Assembly: GCA_037379345.1 (NCBI GenBank)
Contig: CM074516.1
Location: 49,079,626-49,143,625 of the forward strand
Direction of reading: 5' to 3'
DNA from: Perna viridis
Taxonomy: Eukaryota
DNA: 64,000 nucleotides
The notes under the pieces were generated by a model. It was not told where the DNA came from. It searched no databases and saw only the letters and a list, made by a program, of their open reading frames with translations. The position numbers and the translations under genes are program-made. This document shows, piece by piece, positions 26,475 through 39,271 of this stretch (positions within the stretch are counted from its first letter, which is position 1; each line of letters starts with the position of its first letter).

Positions 26475-28264
26475 CTTTTGCTAATTTAAACTAGTGCATT
26501 TGTCCTTCACATTTTATTAAGGTTTAACCTAACAAACAATGATACTGAAATAATCAAACTTATCTGTTAATATTCATTACTGTCTTTTAGTGAAGTTACG
26601 TTTAAGAGGAAACAAGACGTCCAGACTTTACAATCTCTTAGACTTGTGGTTCTATGACCACAACAAATAGTGTATTTGCATTTGGTTTATGCATTTCAAT
26701 TTCATGGACAAGGATTTTCTATTTGGGCATTTTTTCCAGCTACTTTATATACTGCAAAACATTTTAAAAAATTAAATAAAAATAATTGGCATATCAATTT
26801 TTACCTAATTTTCTTTTTTCAGTTTACATCTTTAATTAGAAATTTGAGAAGAATGGTCATTTTAAAATCTCTGAACAAAAAAGCATGATTTATTTTGATT
26901 GTCTTTAAAATGAAGTATATCTTTATTAGGTGTTGAAGCAGCTGTCAAATTTTGGTACACCTGGTGCTTCTGAAAAACTCATTAAGGTAGATTATACCTA
27001 TTTCAAATTCTTTTTGCAAAATTATACAGACGTGTCTTTCAAGGGGAGATAATTGGCTGGAAAAAATAAAAGGAATATTTGTTTTTTTTTCTTTAATATA
27101 AAGAGAGAAAATTATCATTATATTTCTTTTTTTTTAAAGAATGTTGGAATTTTTTTAAAGAAATTTTATTTATCAGTTTTTTCATGGCTTGCAAAAAAAT
27201 TGAAAAGGTAGCTAATAATCTCCTGCATTTAGGTACGAATATCTCAAAAAGTTTGGTGACCTATATGTATGTTTTTATTTATACATGTATGAAACTTTTA
27301 TTACAAAATCAGATTCACCTTAAAGCCAGCAATTTTAATTTTGAAAAGTTATTGTTACTGTGTAATGTGTTTAAGATCAAATAAATGTTTTTTTTATTTG
27401 TTTGAATGTCTACAAGACAATGCTTTTTACCTTGACTGTTTACACAAACATGTTTATTAATTAAATATTTAGAAATTAAGTGAGTTTTGTTTGGTTTTCA
27501 TCCACATGTTTTATTTATTAATGTAAATCTTAATAAAGTAACCAAGCTATTTTTTTTTATATACAGTATATAAAAAGAAGAGGATAAGAAGTGTCCATGC
27601 CAGTTTGTTCTAACTTCAATGTCAAATGTTGGTGAACAACATAGTACAGTTATGTGGTTTTAATAATTCCAGTTTCTCAATTACTATATCAAACACTCTA
27701 GATTATTTTTATTAATGTTTTGATAGCAAAAATTTCACAATAGTCATGACACCAAGCCTGCTGTCATGACTAATTTTCTAACTGAGTTTTTTTCTCAAAT
27801 GCCCGAGACTTAAATTTGTTCAAAGAGATCTGATAGAAATTTTAGTTAAAGCAGTATTTGAGGAAACTCTCAATTCATTTTTTTTTATGGAACTGGACCT
27901 AGGACCTCAAGTGTTGCACGTACAATTTTTTTAGTTGACCCATTATTCCATATAGATATGGCTGACAGTTTTGTCTTTCCAGATAGTGGAAGGATGTTGA
28001 TAAGATTTTTTTAGTTGACCCACAATTCCATATAAATATAGCTGACAGACACTGGAAGGATGTTGATACCACCTGTTCACATTTTATATAAGTTGGGGGA
28101 CACCTTTTAAACTTAATTTTTTATATTTTCCTTTTCTCTAGACCATGGAGAAAACAATTGTTTTTAAACTTAATTAACTTATAACTTCTGACTAATTACA
28201 ATTTCAAAAGTGGAACTACAAATTTTTCTTGCTTTTCCGTTGTATAATTCAAACATTAAGACTT

Positions 28265-29772
28265 TTAAGAAGCCTTACGTAAAATCTCTTGTATGCCCCA
28301 AACTGCATGAGCAAACAGAGGAAAAGAATCTGTCAAGTGTAGCAGTGATTGATCAAGATTGTCAGTGAGTGCATGCAGAAAATCTGACGACTTCATCACT
28401 GTGTGTTGTCTATGCTTGTGTAAAATGTTCCTCAGTAAGTGAAAAAGATGATTTGAATTCCAGTATAGAAGAACTTGAATATTTTCCTTTTTCAGACAAA
28501 TGTCTCTCAGATGGTTTGAAAGTTCAGTTATCCTTGACATCAACATTTTTACCATTTTTTCAAATAACCGAAAGTGGCAAAATGATGTTAGCAGCCTTAC
28601 ATGTAGTTCTACTTCTACCTAAAAAAAACAAACAGAATTTTGAGTGGTATAATGAAATATACACTGATCTCACCTCTGCATATAATCTCTATATATACCT
28701 TTTCCTGAATTTCTTACCTAATAATTTTCAAAAAGATTTTTAAAAAAAATTGATATTTAAAATTGGTTGATTGAAACATTTAAAAATTACAGCATCTTTT
28801 TAAATTATCTCTAGCCTATAAGTAAATTTATCTTACCATACATTCATGATCTTTTGACAACAAACTGTTAAGTACACAGGTAATGATATCCAGAACACAG
28901 TTAACAACTTGTACCAAGTCAACAAACTGTTCACTGTCCAATACATTGGTAATCACATGTACATTTCTTTGCAAAGAAGACAAAGAAATACTGGCTTCAT
29001 TCTCAATACATTGTTTTATCATTGTTAAACTGTTGTTGATAGTTTTAAGTGTGACTGAAGTTAACTGTGGTGTTCTTGTTACTGTCTGTAAGTTTAGTAT
29101 GCTCTGTAGAAATGCTGTATTCTGGATCATAGATGAACTGTTTTCTGTTGAATTCAACTGATGATTGTTGCTGACTGTATCATCAGTCTCCATTAATGGA
29201 CTCTCTCCACTTGTAGGCAGAGACGGGTGTACTACAGACTCTAACATAGAAGAAATAATTCATTTAGTATACATGTACTAGGTACAGGTCTTAATGCTTC
29301 CTTTCAGTTAAGATTTCATTCTGGTTTCCAAAATGAATTATTATAGATCAGATTGGTGAGAAATAATTTCAAGAAAAGTAAACCATATTGTGTCCTCATA
29401 TGATACTAAGCACATTCCTGATAATAGATGGATACATAAAATCAAGCCCAATCAAATGATTAAATGATGGTTTTTTTTTTTTCTATGCCAAATAATAGTT
29501 TTTTCTTGTTTACTTTTTTAAACAAGAATAAAAACATAAACTGGATTAGAAATTACCTCTATTCTGTCTGAAGCTGGACTGAAGAACCAATTGCTGCCTT
29601 AGCTGTAGAATTTCATTTTCTGCAGATTTCAGTCGATCGTTGCAGGTATGATGTTGATGTCGATATTCTTGGCATAGCTTTTCCGTATACTCTGATGCAG
29701 ACATGTGATCTGGCTTACTCTTTATACATGCCAGAGCAATTGCCATTTTAAAAGTTTTTAAATAATTCTTAT
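28265..29772 (-). CDS. MEI4: Meiotic double-strand break formation protein MEI4-like
   Basis: Exons 29557-29772, 28837-29240, 28265-28618. KNYLKTFKMAIALACIKSKPDHMSASEYTEKL..LKSAENEILQLRQQL matches the MEI4 N-terminal motif (WYLRTSKLALALAIIRSKP..SSREYTE.L). NTAFLQSILNL matches the central motif and LDQSLLHLTDSFPLFAHAVW the C-terminal motif. The start is either the ATG at 29746 or an unidentified upstream micro-exon. Confidence 0.85.
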
Positions 29773-30404
29773 CTGCAAGAATTGGAAAAAAATTATTTTG
29801 TTTTACATATTATTGAATTAAAGTCTAAAACAGAAAAGTTTTGAAACTTTTTAAAAATAGAAAGATAAAGCAGAAAAATAAAGATCAAAGGAAGTGTTGC
29901 TTGAATTTGACTCCAATAAATTCAAGTCTCATGCAAAATGTGTGACTTCACAGACTTGCAGCCAGAATACTACGGAATTTATAGTTTTACAAACATTCTG
30001 CCAGAACACTCACTCAAATGAAGTTTCAAAAGTTTCAAATTTTCTTTGAAAGTAAAATGTGTGTTAGTTTACAAACTTTTAGCTCTTCGAAATCTTTTGA
30101 ACAAAACTCATGGTTAGGAGGACAAAAAAGACACAGACACACACACACACAAAACAATACACCCTTAATGACCTTATTTACACACACATACATACACGCA
30201 CAAAAATTATAAATGTATATATAAATTAAAAAGTGAGTAATTTTTTTTTTCACCAGAACATGCAATACATATTTTTTTAGAAACAATGCTGAATAAAGTC
30301 AATATACCATCTTTAGAACTTATTTCTTTTTCTTTTTCCATTTTGAATTAAAATATACAAAACCAGTTTCGGCAAAAGAATTCCGCTTCAAGCCCTGATT
30401 TGAG

Positions 30405-31135
30405 AAAGAGGAATCAAGGGAATCAAGGTTATAGCGGTAATTAATAGAATGTAATCCTGGGACAAAGACCAGACATGGAAAACAGACATACACAACAAAG
30501 AACATAAAGGTAACTAAAATCATACTTACAAAGTAACACAAGTAAATGAGCAACTCAGACTCCACTAAAAACTGGGAGCATGGACCAGGTGCACCGGTAG
30601 GGTAAGCGTCCTCTGCTTTTCTAGAAACACCCGCCGAGTTGCTCATAAAAAGTCAAGTCCGGGGTAGACAAACGAGGAAAGGAACATTATGACCCGTTGA
30701 ATAAATCAGTTTTCATGGTGCTGATGGATACACCATAACGATCCACGAGTTCATGATGACGACCATAAAACTTCTATAGTGATGACTTCAATCTCGTAGC
30801 AACATAACCCTGTTCCAGAAGCCTATTTGTTAAAGTTCTAGCGCGATACAAAAAGTCTGCGTAGTTTCGGCAAGCTCTGGCATAACGTATGAGTTGTGAT
30901 ATGAACACTCCATACGCAGGAACCGAAGGGATGTTGCCACAGATGAAAGTTGACAATTCTGAATGAAAAGTCATCACGTTTATCGTAAAGTTTGATCAAT
31001 AGTTTTCCTTTACCATCGATTTCTAAGTGTAGGTCAAGATATGAGTGTCTGTAGTATCCTTTATCTCAAGTTCTTTTGGGTAGATGCGATGTATCAAATC
31101 CCCGAAATTAGGATTGTTTAAAGATAATACGTCAC
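30405..31135 (-). mobile_element. 5'-truncated Penelope-like retroelement (RT thumb plus 3' tail)
   Basis: DVLSLNNPNFGDLIHRIYPKELEIKDTT, SYLDLHLEIDGKGKL..KLYDKRDDF and GNIPSVPAYGVFISQLIRYARAC..LLEQGY, followed by a tail shared with 7686-7835 and 32420-32680. Confidence 0.8.
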
Positions 31136-31576
31136 GAATTATCTCCCTTTTCGAAAAGTATATTTTAGTCAAGTTAAACACAACTTTTTAATAATGAAAA
31201 AAAGTTTTCGTTTTAAATCACAGGAGTTTAATACAAAGTAAAATGCATTTACTGTCAATATAATAATCTGCTCCTACACCATGTTGATATTTATTGGTGT
31301 CTGAAAGCTATTTGTGAATTAAGAAAATCAATGCATGTATTTAATATCAGTCTATGGTTAAAACCCTTTACGTATGTAACAAATAGAAAAATTCCGAAAT
31401 TGAAATAGTCAGGAGTATATGTATTGCTCGAGATTTTTCACGAATTGATTCCTTCTTGTGTATATATTTAGCATATTAAGGTGTGTAACGCGATACATAA
31501 TGGATTCCTATTCAATCTTTGAAACCAGATTTTTTAGAGACACATATGAAATTATCCATTCAGACCATAATTTATA

Positions 31577-32082
31577 GCCCCGTGCAGGTCCGGATGTTAA
31601 AAGAATAGGCCTGCAGCAGCGCTAAACTTGTCGTAAAAGGCAACTAAATAGTGCTCAGAACCTTAGCCGGGGGCTAGGGCGCGCTGCCCACAGAGCAACT
31701 GGGTTGTGTACCTCAGGTGGTGGAATGGGGTACCCCTGGTGTGTTACATGCTGGGGTTGTCAGGCTATAATACGGAAAACCTGACCGCAAACCATAGTGG
31801 TGCACCGTGTTGGGAAAGATGCCACGTTCCTTGCACGTTAAAAATCCCTACTGTGGTATTCTCCCGGAGTAGGAACCACAAGAGGCTAAATTGCCCGACC
31901 CTACAAACCTCTTCCTATTTCCAATGGCAATCAAAATTTGTTGACCCCGTTATCCTTGTGTCCCATCCCATTTTTCATTTCAACATCATTTCATGTTCAT
32001 TTTGTCATCCACTTCATGTTCATCGCCTGAATATAGCTGAAATATTGCTGCTCGGGTGTTAAATCCTGACAAACAAACAAAC
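31577..32082 (+). mobile_element. SINE of the Meta/Deu-domain type, lacking a clear tRNA head
   Basis: GC-rich island with CTTGTCGTAAAAGGCAACTAAA (Meta-domain-like) and GCACGTTAAAAATCCC (Deu/Nin-domain-like), plus a 3' tail GAAATATTGCTG..GTGTTAAA..(ACAA)n. Confidence 0.65.
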
Positions 32083-32199
32083 ATAATTTATAAATTTATT
32101 TTATATGTAATGTATGTTACATTGTACTGTTTTTGTTTATGCCATAACCATGTAAATGTGTTTGTGCAAATAAAATTGTTTATTGTCTATGTAGACAAT

Positions 32200-32375
32200 A
32201 TAGAGAACATAGCTCAACGTGCTTCTACTACTTGAATTAGGACAAGTTCCCATTTTCTAATGATAAAAAAGAACGACAGAAATTCAAAACGTTCATATAC
32301 AGTTTGTAACTCTGGGCAAATTGAAAATGAAGAACATTTCTCGCTTCATTGTACTCACTATGAACAAGGAACACA
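32200..32375 (+). mobile_element. LINE 3' fragment (C-terminal Cys/His knuckle)
   Basis: YTVCNSGQIENEEHFSLHCTHYEQ resembles the C..C..E.E.HF.L.C..Y LINE ORF2 end. Confidence 0.45.
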
Positions 32376-32419
32376 CAATTTAAAGAATAAAATAAATAAA
32401 CCAATCCCTGGCTTTATGA

Positions 32420-32850
32420 AAGAGTAGTAGAGGATGCCAAGATTCTAGCGGAAATTCAGGGACAGTGACCAGACGGGGAAAAAGAGACACATACAACAAA
32501 GAACATAAAGTGAACAAAATAGCACATACAAAGAAACAAAAGCAAATGAGCAAAGACTCCACTATAAGTAGGAGCATGGACCAGGTGCACTGGTAGGGTA
32601 AGCATCCTCTGCTTTTCTATAAAAAAAACACCCGCCGACATTCTCATGAAAAGTCAAGTCCGGGGTAGACGAAAATGGAAAGGAAAACCGTAACACGTTG
32701 AACAAATCGGTTCTCATCTGTAGTATCCTTTATCTCAAGTTCTTTGGGGTAAGGCGATGCATAAAATCCTTGAAACTAGGATTGTTTAACGATAATGCGT
32801 CATCTATATAGCGGAAACTGAGATTAAAGAATCTAGCCAAACGATATTCA
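32420..32850 (-). mobile_element. Penelope-like fragment (YIDD region plus 3' tail, internally deleted)
   Basis: RLARFFNLSFRYIDDALSLNNPSF; tail homologous to 30405-30720. Confidence 0.75.
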
Positions 32851-34027
32851 AAGCAAAGTACACATTACTTTAAGATGGATTCACAGAAATCACCCAAATG
32901 TCTCATAAAAAAGTGCAGTAGGACTAACTTGTCTCCGCTGCGGTAGCTCAGAACGGCTTGTGGAAGTTCTTTGTCGAGGCCTTGTCCCTTGTAACCATTC
33001 GCTGACAGCACGATATACTACTATACTTCAAAGAACATCTAGAGATGATTGAAAAAAGATGAATCTGGAAAAAAAATGAAATAAGTAACCTTCGAAAACA
33101 AGGAAAATAGATGCATCATAAAAAAAAACTTTAAAAGTGAAAAATCGGTGCTATCATTCTGTTATTCAACAGATCATCTTTTTCAACTAGGTTTTCTTGT
33201 CAGTTCCCTGTGGGGTTGTTGTCTCTTTGACATATACATCATAACTATTCTTGTTATATTTGTTGACAAACCAAACGGTCACAAAGACTTACCTCTAGGA
33301 TCGCATACTAGTTAAAAAGGAAATCCCATATCATAGTAGCCGATTCATTAAAAAAATGAGTCGTATTGGTAACATATATGTCAACAAATATAGAAATTTT
33401 TGGATTTTTTTTTATTTTGCGGTCAGTACTCAAAGAATATTATTTTAGAAAAGAAAACGGTACCAGATCGTTTCAAACCAATCTGGTGATGTGTTGCATG
33501 GTCGAAATCTAATTTCCTTGGTTCCTGTGAAAAATGGGGAACGAGGCGCCCTTAGAGACGAATGAAAATCGTTTTCAGTTAGATCTATAAATCACAGAAA
33601 TTAAAAAACAATATCTTACAGAATCTCTTCCACTCAGAGAAACAGTTTTAAAAATATTTTTACTTTATAAGTCAATGACAAGCGATGGTAGAAAAGCCCT
33701 TTTTGCTAGCAGTTTTGTACCATCATTTTTCTAGGGTTTTTGTACCATCATTTGCTTGGGGTTTTGTAGCATCATTTTGCTATTGTTTTGGACTTATATA
33801 ATACCGTTTATATTTTTCCATATGATGGGTGTGCTGTAATATATTTACTTAACACGTTAGGTATGTGGTTTTCTAGTCAATACATGTAAAATGTCAGTTT
33901 GTAAGTATTGGATTGCACAAATATTATATTCCCTTTAAACTGTACTTGACTATATAGTATAAATGCTTTGTCCAATAAACTAGTTGGAACTTGAATATGA
34001 ATAAAGTTTGGACACTGAGATCAAATG

Positions 34028-34510
34028 ATCTGGCTAAACGATATTCCTTCCTTTGGATCAGCTACAAAGTCAGTCTCGTAAAAGTGAATGAATAGGTCAC
34101 CGAGTAGAGGAGAACAATTTGTTCCCTTGGAATACCAACCACTTGATGAAAATGCGTCAACCAAACTGGACAAATATGTTGTCGATTAAAAATTCCAGCA
34201 TTTGGAGAACATCTTCTTTGGTACATTTGGAAGATGATTTGGAATAGTTTTTACAAAATATGAGGAATCTCTACCAAGAACTACTATTTGTATCTAGGTG
34301 TACCGTCTTTTTTGGAGTAACAACGATGTATAAAGTTAATTTTTGAGTCGGGTTTTTAACTGCGTATGGGGAATAGATCTTTTGATTATTTAGAACCCAA
34401 AGTAGTTTTGAAACTTATCTGAAATAAATGTTAAAATCGACAACTATTCTGAGAATGTCCTCCACATTTGTATTGATTTGTTTTAAAATTAGATATGTGA
34501 GTCTTCAATA
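34028..34510 (-). mobile_element. Penelope-like RT fragment (same family, upstream RT part)
   Basis: EDVLQMLEFLIDNIFVQFG and a degenerate GIP.GTNCSPLLGDLFIHFYETDF; overlaps 32834-32849 in the motif ct(a/g)gc(c/t)aaacgatattc. Confidence 0.7.
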
Positions 34511-35686
34511 GCGAAGTAATGTGAATTAATAAAAGTAATGTGAATTAACAAAAATATACTGTTCAAATATGATTACTGTAATATTTCTGTTGTAATAGGC
34601 CATAACCATGCACGGTAAGAGTTAGTGTTAATAAAAGTATTGTATTTGTATTGTATAATGCTACAATAAATAAATACTTCATGGACTCTCAAGGAAAGTT
34701 ACATAGAGACATTGGTGAATCAGTTAACAAAGGCAAGTCACGAACTTTCCTTCCTTCGGTCGTGTATGGCACTTTTTGGAAAGAAATCGAAGATCATTTT
34801 TCCAGAAAACAGGAAAATGCTTGTTTAAGGTTCAGCTATTTTATGGGCACCATATATCTACCGAAATGATATATGGTAAAACGTCGATGCCTTTTCTGGT
34901 CGAAAAAAAAACACACATTCTACGCGTTAAAGTTTCATCTTCCCTGTGCCTCTATTTTCAAATCATAACTAGAACAGTGATGACCGATTTTTTTTGCAGA
35001 CATACAAATATTAATTTAACATGGACTTGATGTTTAATCCTCAGTTTGGTTTGTTCTCTCTAAAATAAGTCTGCAATGCCAGCAAATTAGATTATATCCC
35101 TTTACACGTGTTGGGCACCATGCCCATCTGCATACGACACTTCATATCATATTTCATCAAAATCCTTTGAGCAGTACAGGAAGAGCAAGATTATTCAACA
35201 TTTGGATTACCTGTCGAGAAAATCACATCGACGCATTATAATTACCGTGTGTATGGATGGACCGTAGAGGTCGAACCAAGAACAGCTTGGGCAAATATGG
35301 ACACGACAATTTATTTTTTACACGGGATGAAACTTTCACCAGAATCGAAGTACATTCTTAAAATATTCTATTAGGGTATTATAGTTTAAACTTAATGAAC
35401 AGCTTGTTTCTGTCCATTCAGGACGCTTCATATCTAAACGGTTGCGGTCATTGCCATAGACATCGATCATCAATCTTCCTTTTGTGATTAGGAACATTTT
35501 TGGACAATTTTGACCGAGATCCACTCTGTATTATTGAAGTCATTGAACGAAAACCAAATATATACATATACCGACAACATCATATAGTCAACCACTTTTT
35601 TCGGTCGGTCGTATAAAAATGCTACTTCTCCTGTGATGCCTAAATTTCTTAAACTTTCTATTTAAGAGTTCTGGTAAACGATATGT

Positions 35687-35941
35687 GGACAGAAGGGGAC
35701 TCACTATACCCCCAACAACTTTGTTCGATGACTGCAGGGGACTAACTATACCCCAACAACTTTGTTCGATGACTGCAGGGGACTAACTATACCCCAACAA
35801 CTTTGTTCGAGGACAGCAGGAGACTCGCTATACACCAACAACTTTGTTCGAGCTAGGACAGCAGGAGATTCACTATACCCCAACAACTTTGTTCGAGGTC
35901 AGCAGGGGACTCACTATACCCCAACAACTTTGTTCGAGGAT
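35687..35941. repeat. 41-bp minisatellite, ~6 copies
   Basis: Unit ggacagcaggggactcactataccccaacaactttgttcga with minor variants. Confidence 0.93.
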
Positions 35942-36584
35942 AAAAAACCAGTTTTGGTAACACTCTAAATACTGTCAAATTTAAAGGTGCTTTCAGTTAT
36001 ATATTACCAGTATACATGTAATGTGATATGTCAACTAATTGTGCATTATTTGACACACGGCAATTTTTAATGATTGCTAGCCATTTTCAGGGGGGTGTTG
36101 GAGTGGCAGTATAGATTTCGATATGAATCTGTGACAATACCGAAACCTCGATTAAGACCGAGGAATTATTAAGTTAAATCCTAGTGGAGTGTCTCAGCAC
36201 CACCGAAGATTCATTTTATGCTTATTGTATAGCAAGACGTTCACAGGCACTTGGGACCAGAATTTTGTTTAAAATTCCTCAAAAAATATCATTAAATAAT
36301 ATTGTTTCCATATTTGAGTTATTATGCGTGTTCTCTGACATGTCCGCTTTCTATTTATTGCTGTTTATACTATGCATAGTTTTCTATTTAGAACAGAAAA
36401 GGGAAGGAAAAAATCCCTGAACATTTATATATAATCATAGCATCGTAAAAATATGAATTGAACATAACGAAAAGAACTACATGTATATGCATTCAACGTC
36501 AATTTCTAGAAAAAAATAATATACAGAAATATTTCGAAAACGAAATATACAACTCAGTATTTTCCAATTCATAAATTCAAGAGT

Positions 36585-36830
36585 GTGGAGTTGCCTAAGA
36601 ATACCATTAATCTCGTACACCTTTATTTAGAAATTACACTAGGAAATGGCATCCTTTATACAGAAATTTATGACAACAGAGACTTAGATTTTCCTTTATT
36701 CCCGAAGCACCCGCAGGACTGCTTTACATTGCTCGTATTTGTAATAAATTGTCATATTTTATGGAACGCTATTATTCCTCCTAGAAAAGGGTATCGTCCT
36801 AAAATGGTCATCATAAACTTCTAAGAACAT
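36585..36830 (+). mobile_element. Highly degraded Penelope-like RT-thumb remnant
   Basis: LHLYLEI..GILYTEIYDNRDLDFP resembles the LEID..L.TKLYDKRDDF motif of the other copies. Confidence 0.35.
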
Positions 36831-39271
36831 TTACGCATGTTTTTTTTTTCATCGTTCAAAAAAACCGGACACAAATGCATGTTCTCAACTTTAATAATGA
36901 AGTTGCTCACACACCTTTTTGACGGAAATGTAGCCTATGAATCACATATATATTGAGATATCCGATCTCTAATTGCATCACAATCGTAAAAAGGAAGTTA
37001 TTTTTCAGTATTGAACTACAATTGTACACAAACATCACGTCTTGTTTATTGAGCACTTGACGTTTCTACTCCAAACCAGTTCACTGGAATTGCAGTGACC
37101 GATTATTTTTAATGCTGGTCGTCATCTTCATATTCCGGGCCAGCTTTTTCGAACTGCAAGCGTTCTTTAATAGGTCAGTTCATTTTGTTTGAAAAATGTA
37201 TTCCTGTGAGAATAATCGAGTTAATTTTAAGTATATTTACTTTTTCAGTTATTTTCGACCTTGCTTTGAAAGGGGGTGGTTCAATCTTCAAATTATTTCA
37301 CCCCAGCGCAGGCATCCACCTGCCCAGTCAGATGTTGCGCATTGAAGAATTGTTTATCATTCTGTTACCATGGATTTTATTTCTTTAGTTGTCGTGGGCT
37401 CTTCAAAGCTCACTAAAAGGGGTTCACACTTGTTAGACCTTTTGGTTAACCGGTATTTGAATTACACGCGGGTGTATTTGTTGAGAATCTTTGTCAAGGA
37501 CAACTTTTTCCTCATCAAATACTAGTACCTGGATTAGTTGTACGGGTTATTGTTTTAACATGATAATGTATTGTTGGCATCCATATACTTATCTGTTTCC
37601 TCTCCACAAAGTAAACCTTCAATATCGTTACCGTGATTCAGGTTGTCAAGTGTACTGCACTTCAAACATTAATACAAATGCAACCAATGTGAACTTGGCA
37701 GAAAGATGCCTAGTTTCATTCCAAAATCATATTCCTGCTTGCTTATGTCAATTCGTTGCTCGGCTTTTTTTTTTTACTTGATATGTCAGTATGACTAACA
37801 GGTGGTCCTGAATAACGAGAGTTGTTACTTCTAGGCTTGAATGGTAACAGAAATGAAATTTTCCACCTGTTTTGAAAGATAACTTTTATATCCCTTCAAC
37901 TTCGCTGGACTTGTTTGTTATTCTTCAGATGATCATAGATCAGTGCTTGATTTTATAGTACATGCGTTTTACTTAGTGTGTGCTAATTAGAGTGACCCTA
38001 AGTCAATCATAAAACTAATCTGATGTAGTGGGGCTTTGGAGAGAAATTTCTATTGTGTTGGTTAGTAAGCTCATTTTAGTTAATAGCGATATTTATCTCA
38101 GATTGTAGAAGGTCGTTGTTGAAGTTTTCATAAGTAGACATACATTTGTCAGAGCAATTAAGTAGTTACATGTACTGTTGATATTGGCGAGTCTTAGGTA
38201 TGGTATTTAGTTTAAAAATTGATGATATATGAATTTTACTTTTTTTTTCCCTGTTATTCTACTCAAGCTGTAGTAATTTGTGTAGAGGTGCAAAAGTGAT
38301 ATTTATCACATAGATGCGCAAACAATCTTATATTTCATACTTGAGCTATGTTTTTTCTGGCATATATTTTTATACCACAGAATTATGAGTGTAAATAGTA
38401 TAATGACAAAGTTGGTATAGATATTTGGTGCAATGAATTGTCATTTAAAGAAGAGTTATCTTTCTTTGCACTTGAGTTATAATGTTACTTTTGTTTTATA
38501 GGGAATTTCATCTGGATATACATCTAGAATAAATAGTATTAGAACGGCCCTCAGGCATTTCAGGTATAAATGTCCTATCTGAATTATGTCTTTCAAAACA
38601 CAAGTTGATGACCGTTCTTATCCAAGAGTAACAACTCTCATGATTCAAGACTTGTAAATCATGCCAAAATGTCAACAAAACAGTTGACAAATATTTCAAC
38701 TGAAATGTATATAATCAGAGCAATGAAATTTTATGCTAGTTATTAAAGGCTGTTTCATTAAAATACATAAGGAGCGGGAATGACACATTTTGTGTATACA
38801 CTGGGGTGGGGATTGGGTTGTCAAAACTCTTGACCAATGTAATGAATTATAAACTTAGCAAAAATTGCTTCCATGGGTGAGTCCCCTCAAAATCCCCCCC
38901 CCCCAAACAGGGTTTATACTAGTGTTGATCCTAGGTCTAGGACCCTCTATATGGACTCTATTAGAGTCTTTTCATTGACTCTTTATGACTAACTCTGTCT
39001 TCTTCATGTTGACCAATTAATAGAGACTTGAAAAATTCCAAGACCTTCCACTGTAGAAAGTAAACATTCAGCCAAACCTACATGTGAACTGTAGTCCAAT
39101 GGTTTTTCTTCAAAAGTAAAATACATGGAAACATCTGGTGATTTAATCATTTCACCTCCAACATGGAGATGTTCCCTAGTTTGCCTCACTTAGAATGTCC
39201 ATTTCTATACAATAAAAAAATAGATAGTACAATATTTTTAGCATTTTTTTTTATTTGTTTGCAGTCCTCAT

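Noticed and set aside
35687-35941. CRISPR-like array or T7 promoter contamination (GACTCACTATA)
   Set aside because: Units are contiguous without spacers; only 11 nt match T7, without TAATAC, inside a degenerate native repeat.
37080-37800. Possible decayed coding sequence
   Set aside because: Slightly GC-richer than its surroundings, but all frames are interrupted and no recognisable motif is present.
38508-39205. Two short minus-strand ORFs downstream of RPS4, each preceded by an acceptor-like AG
   Set aside because: No recognisable domain or consistent donor and phase; may be read-through or extended 3' UTR sequence.
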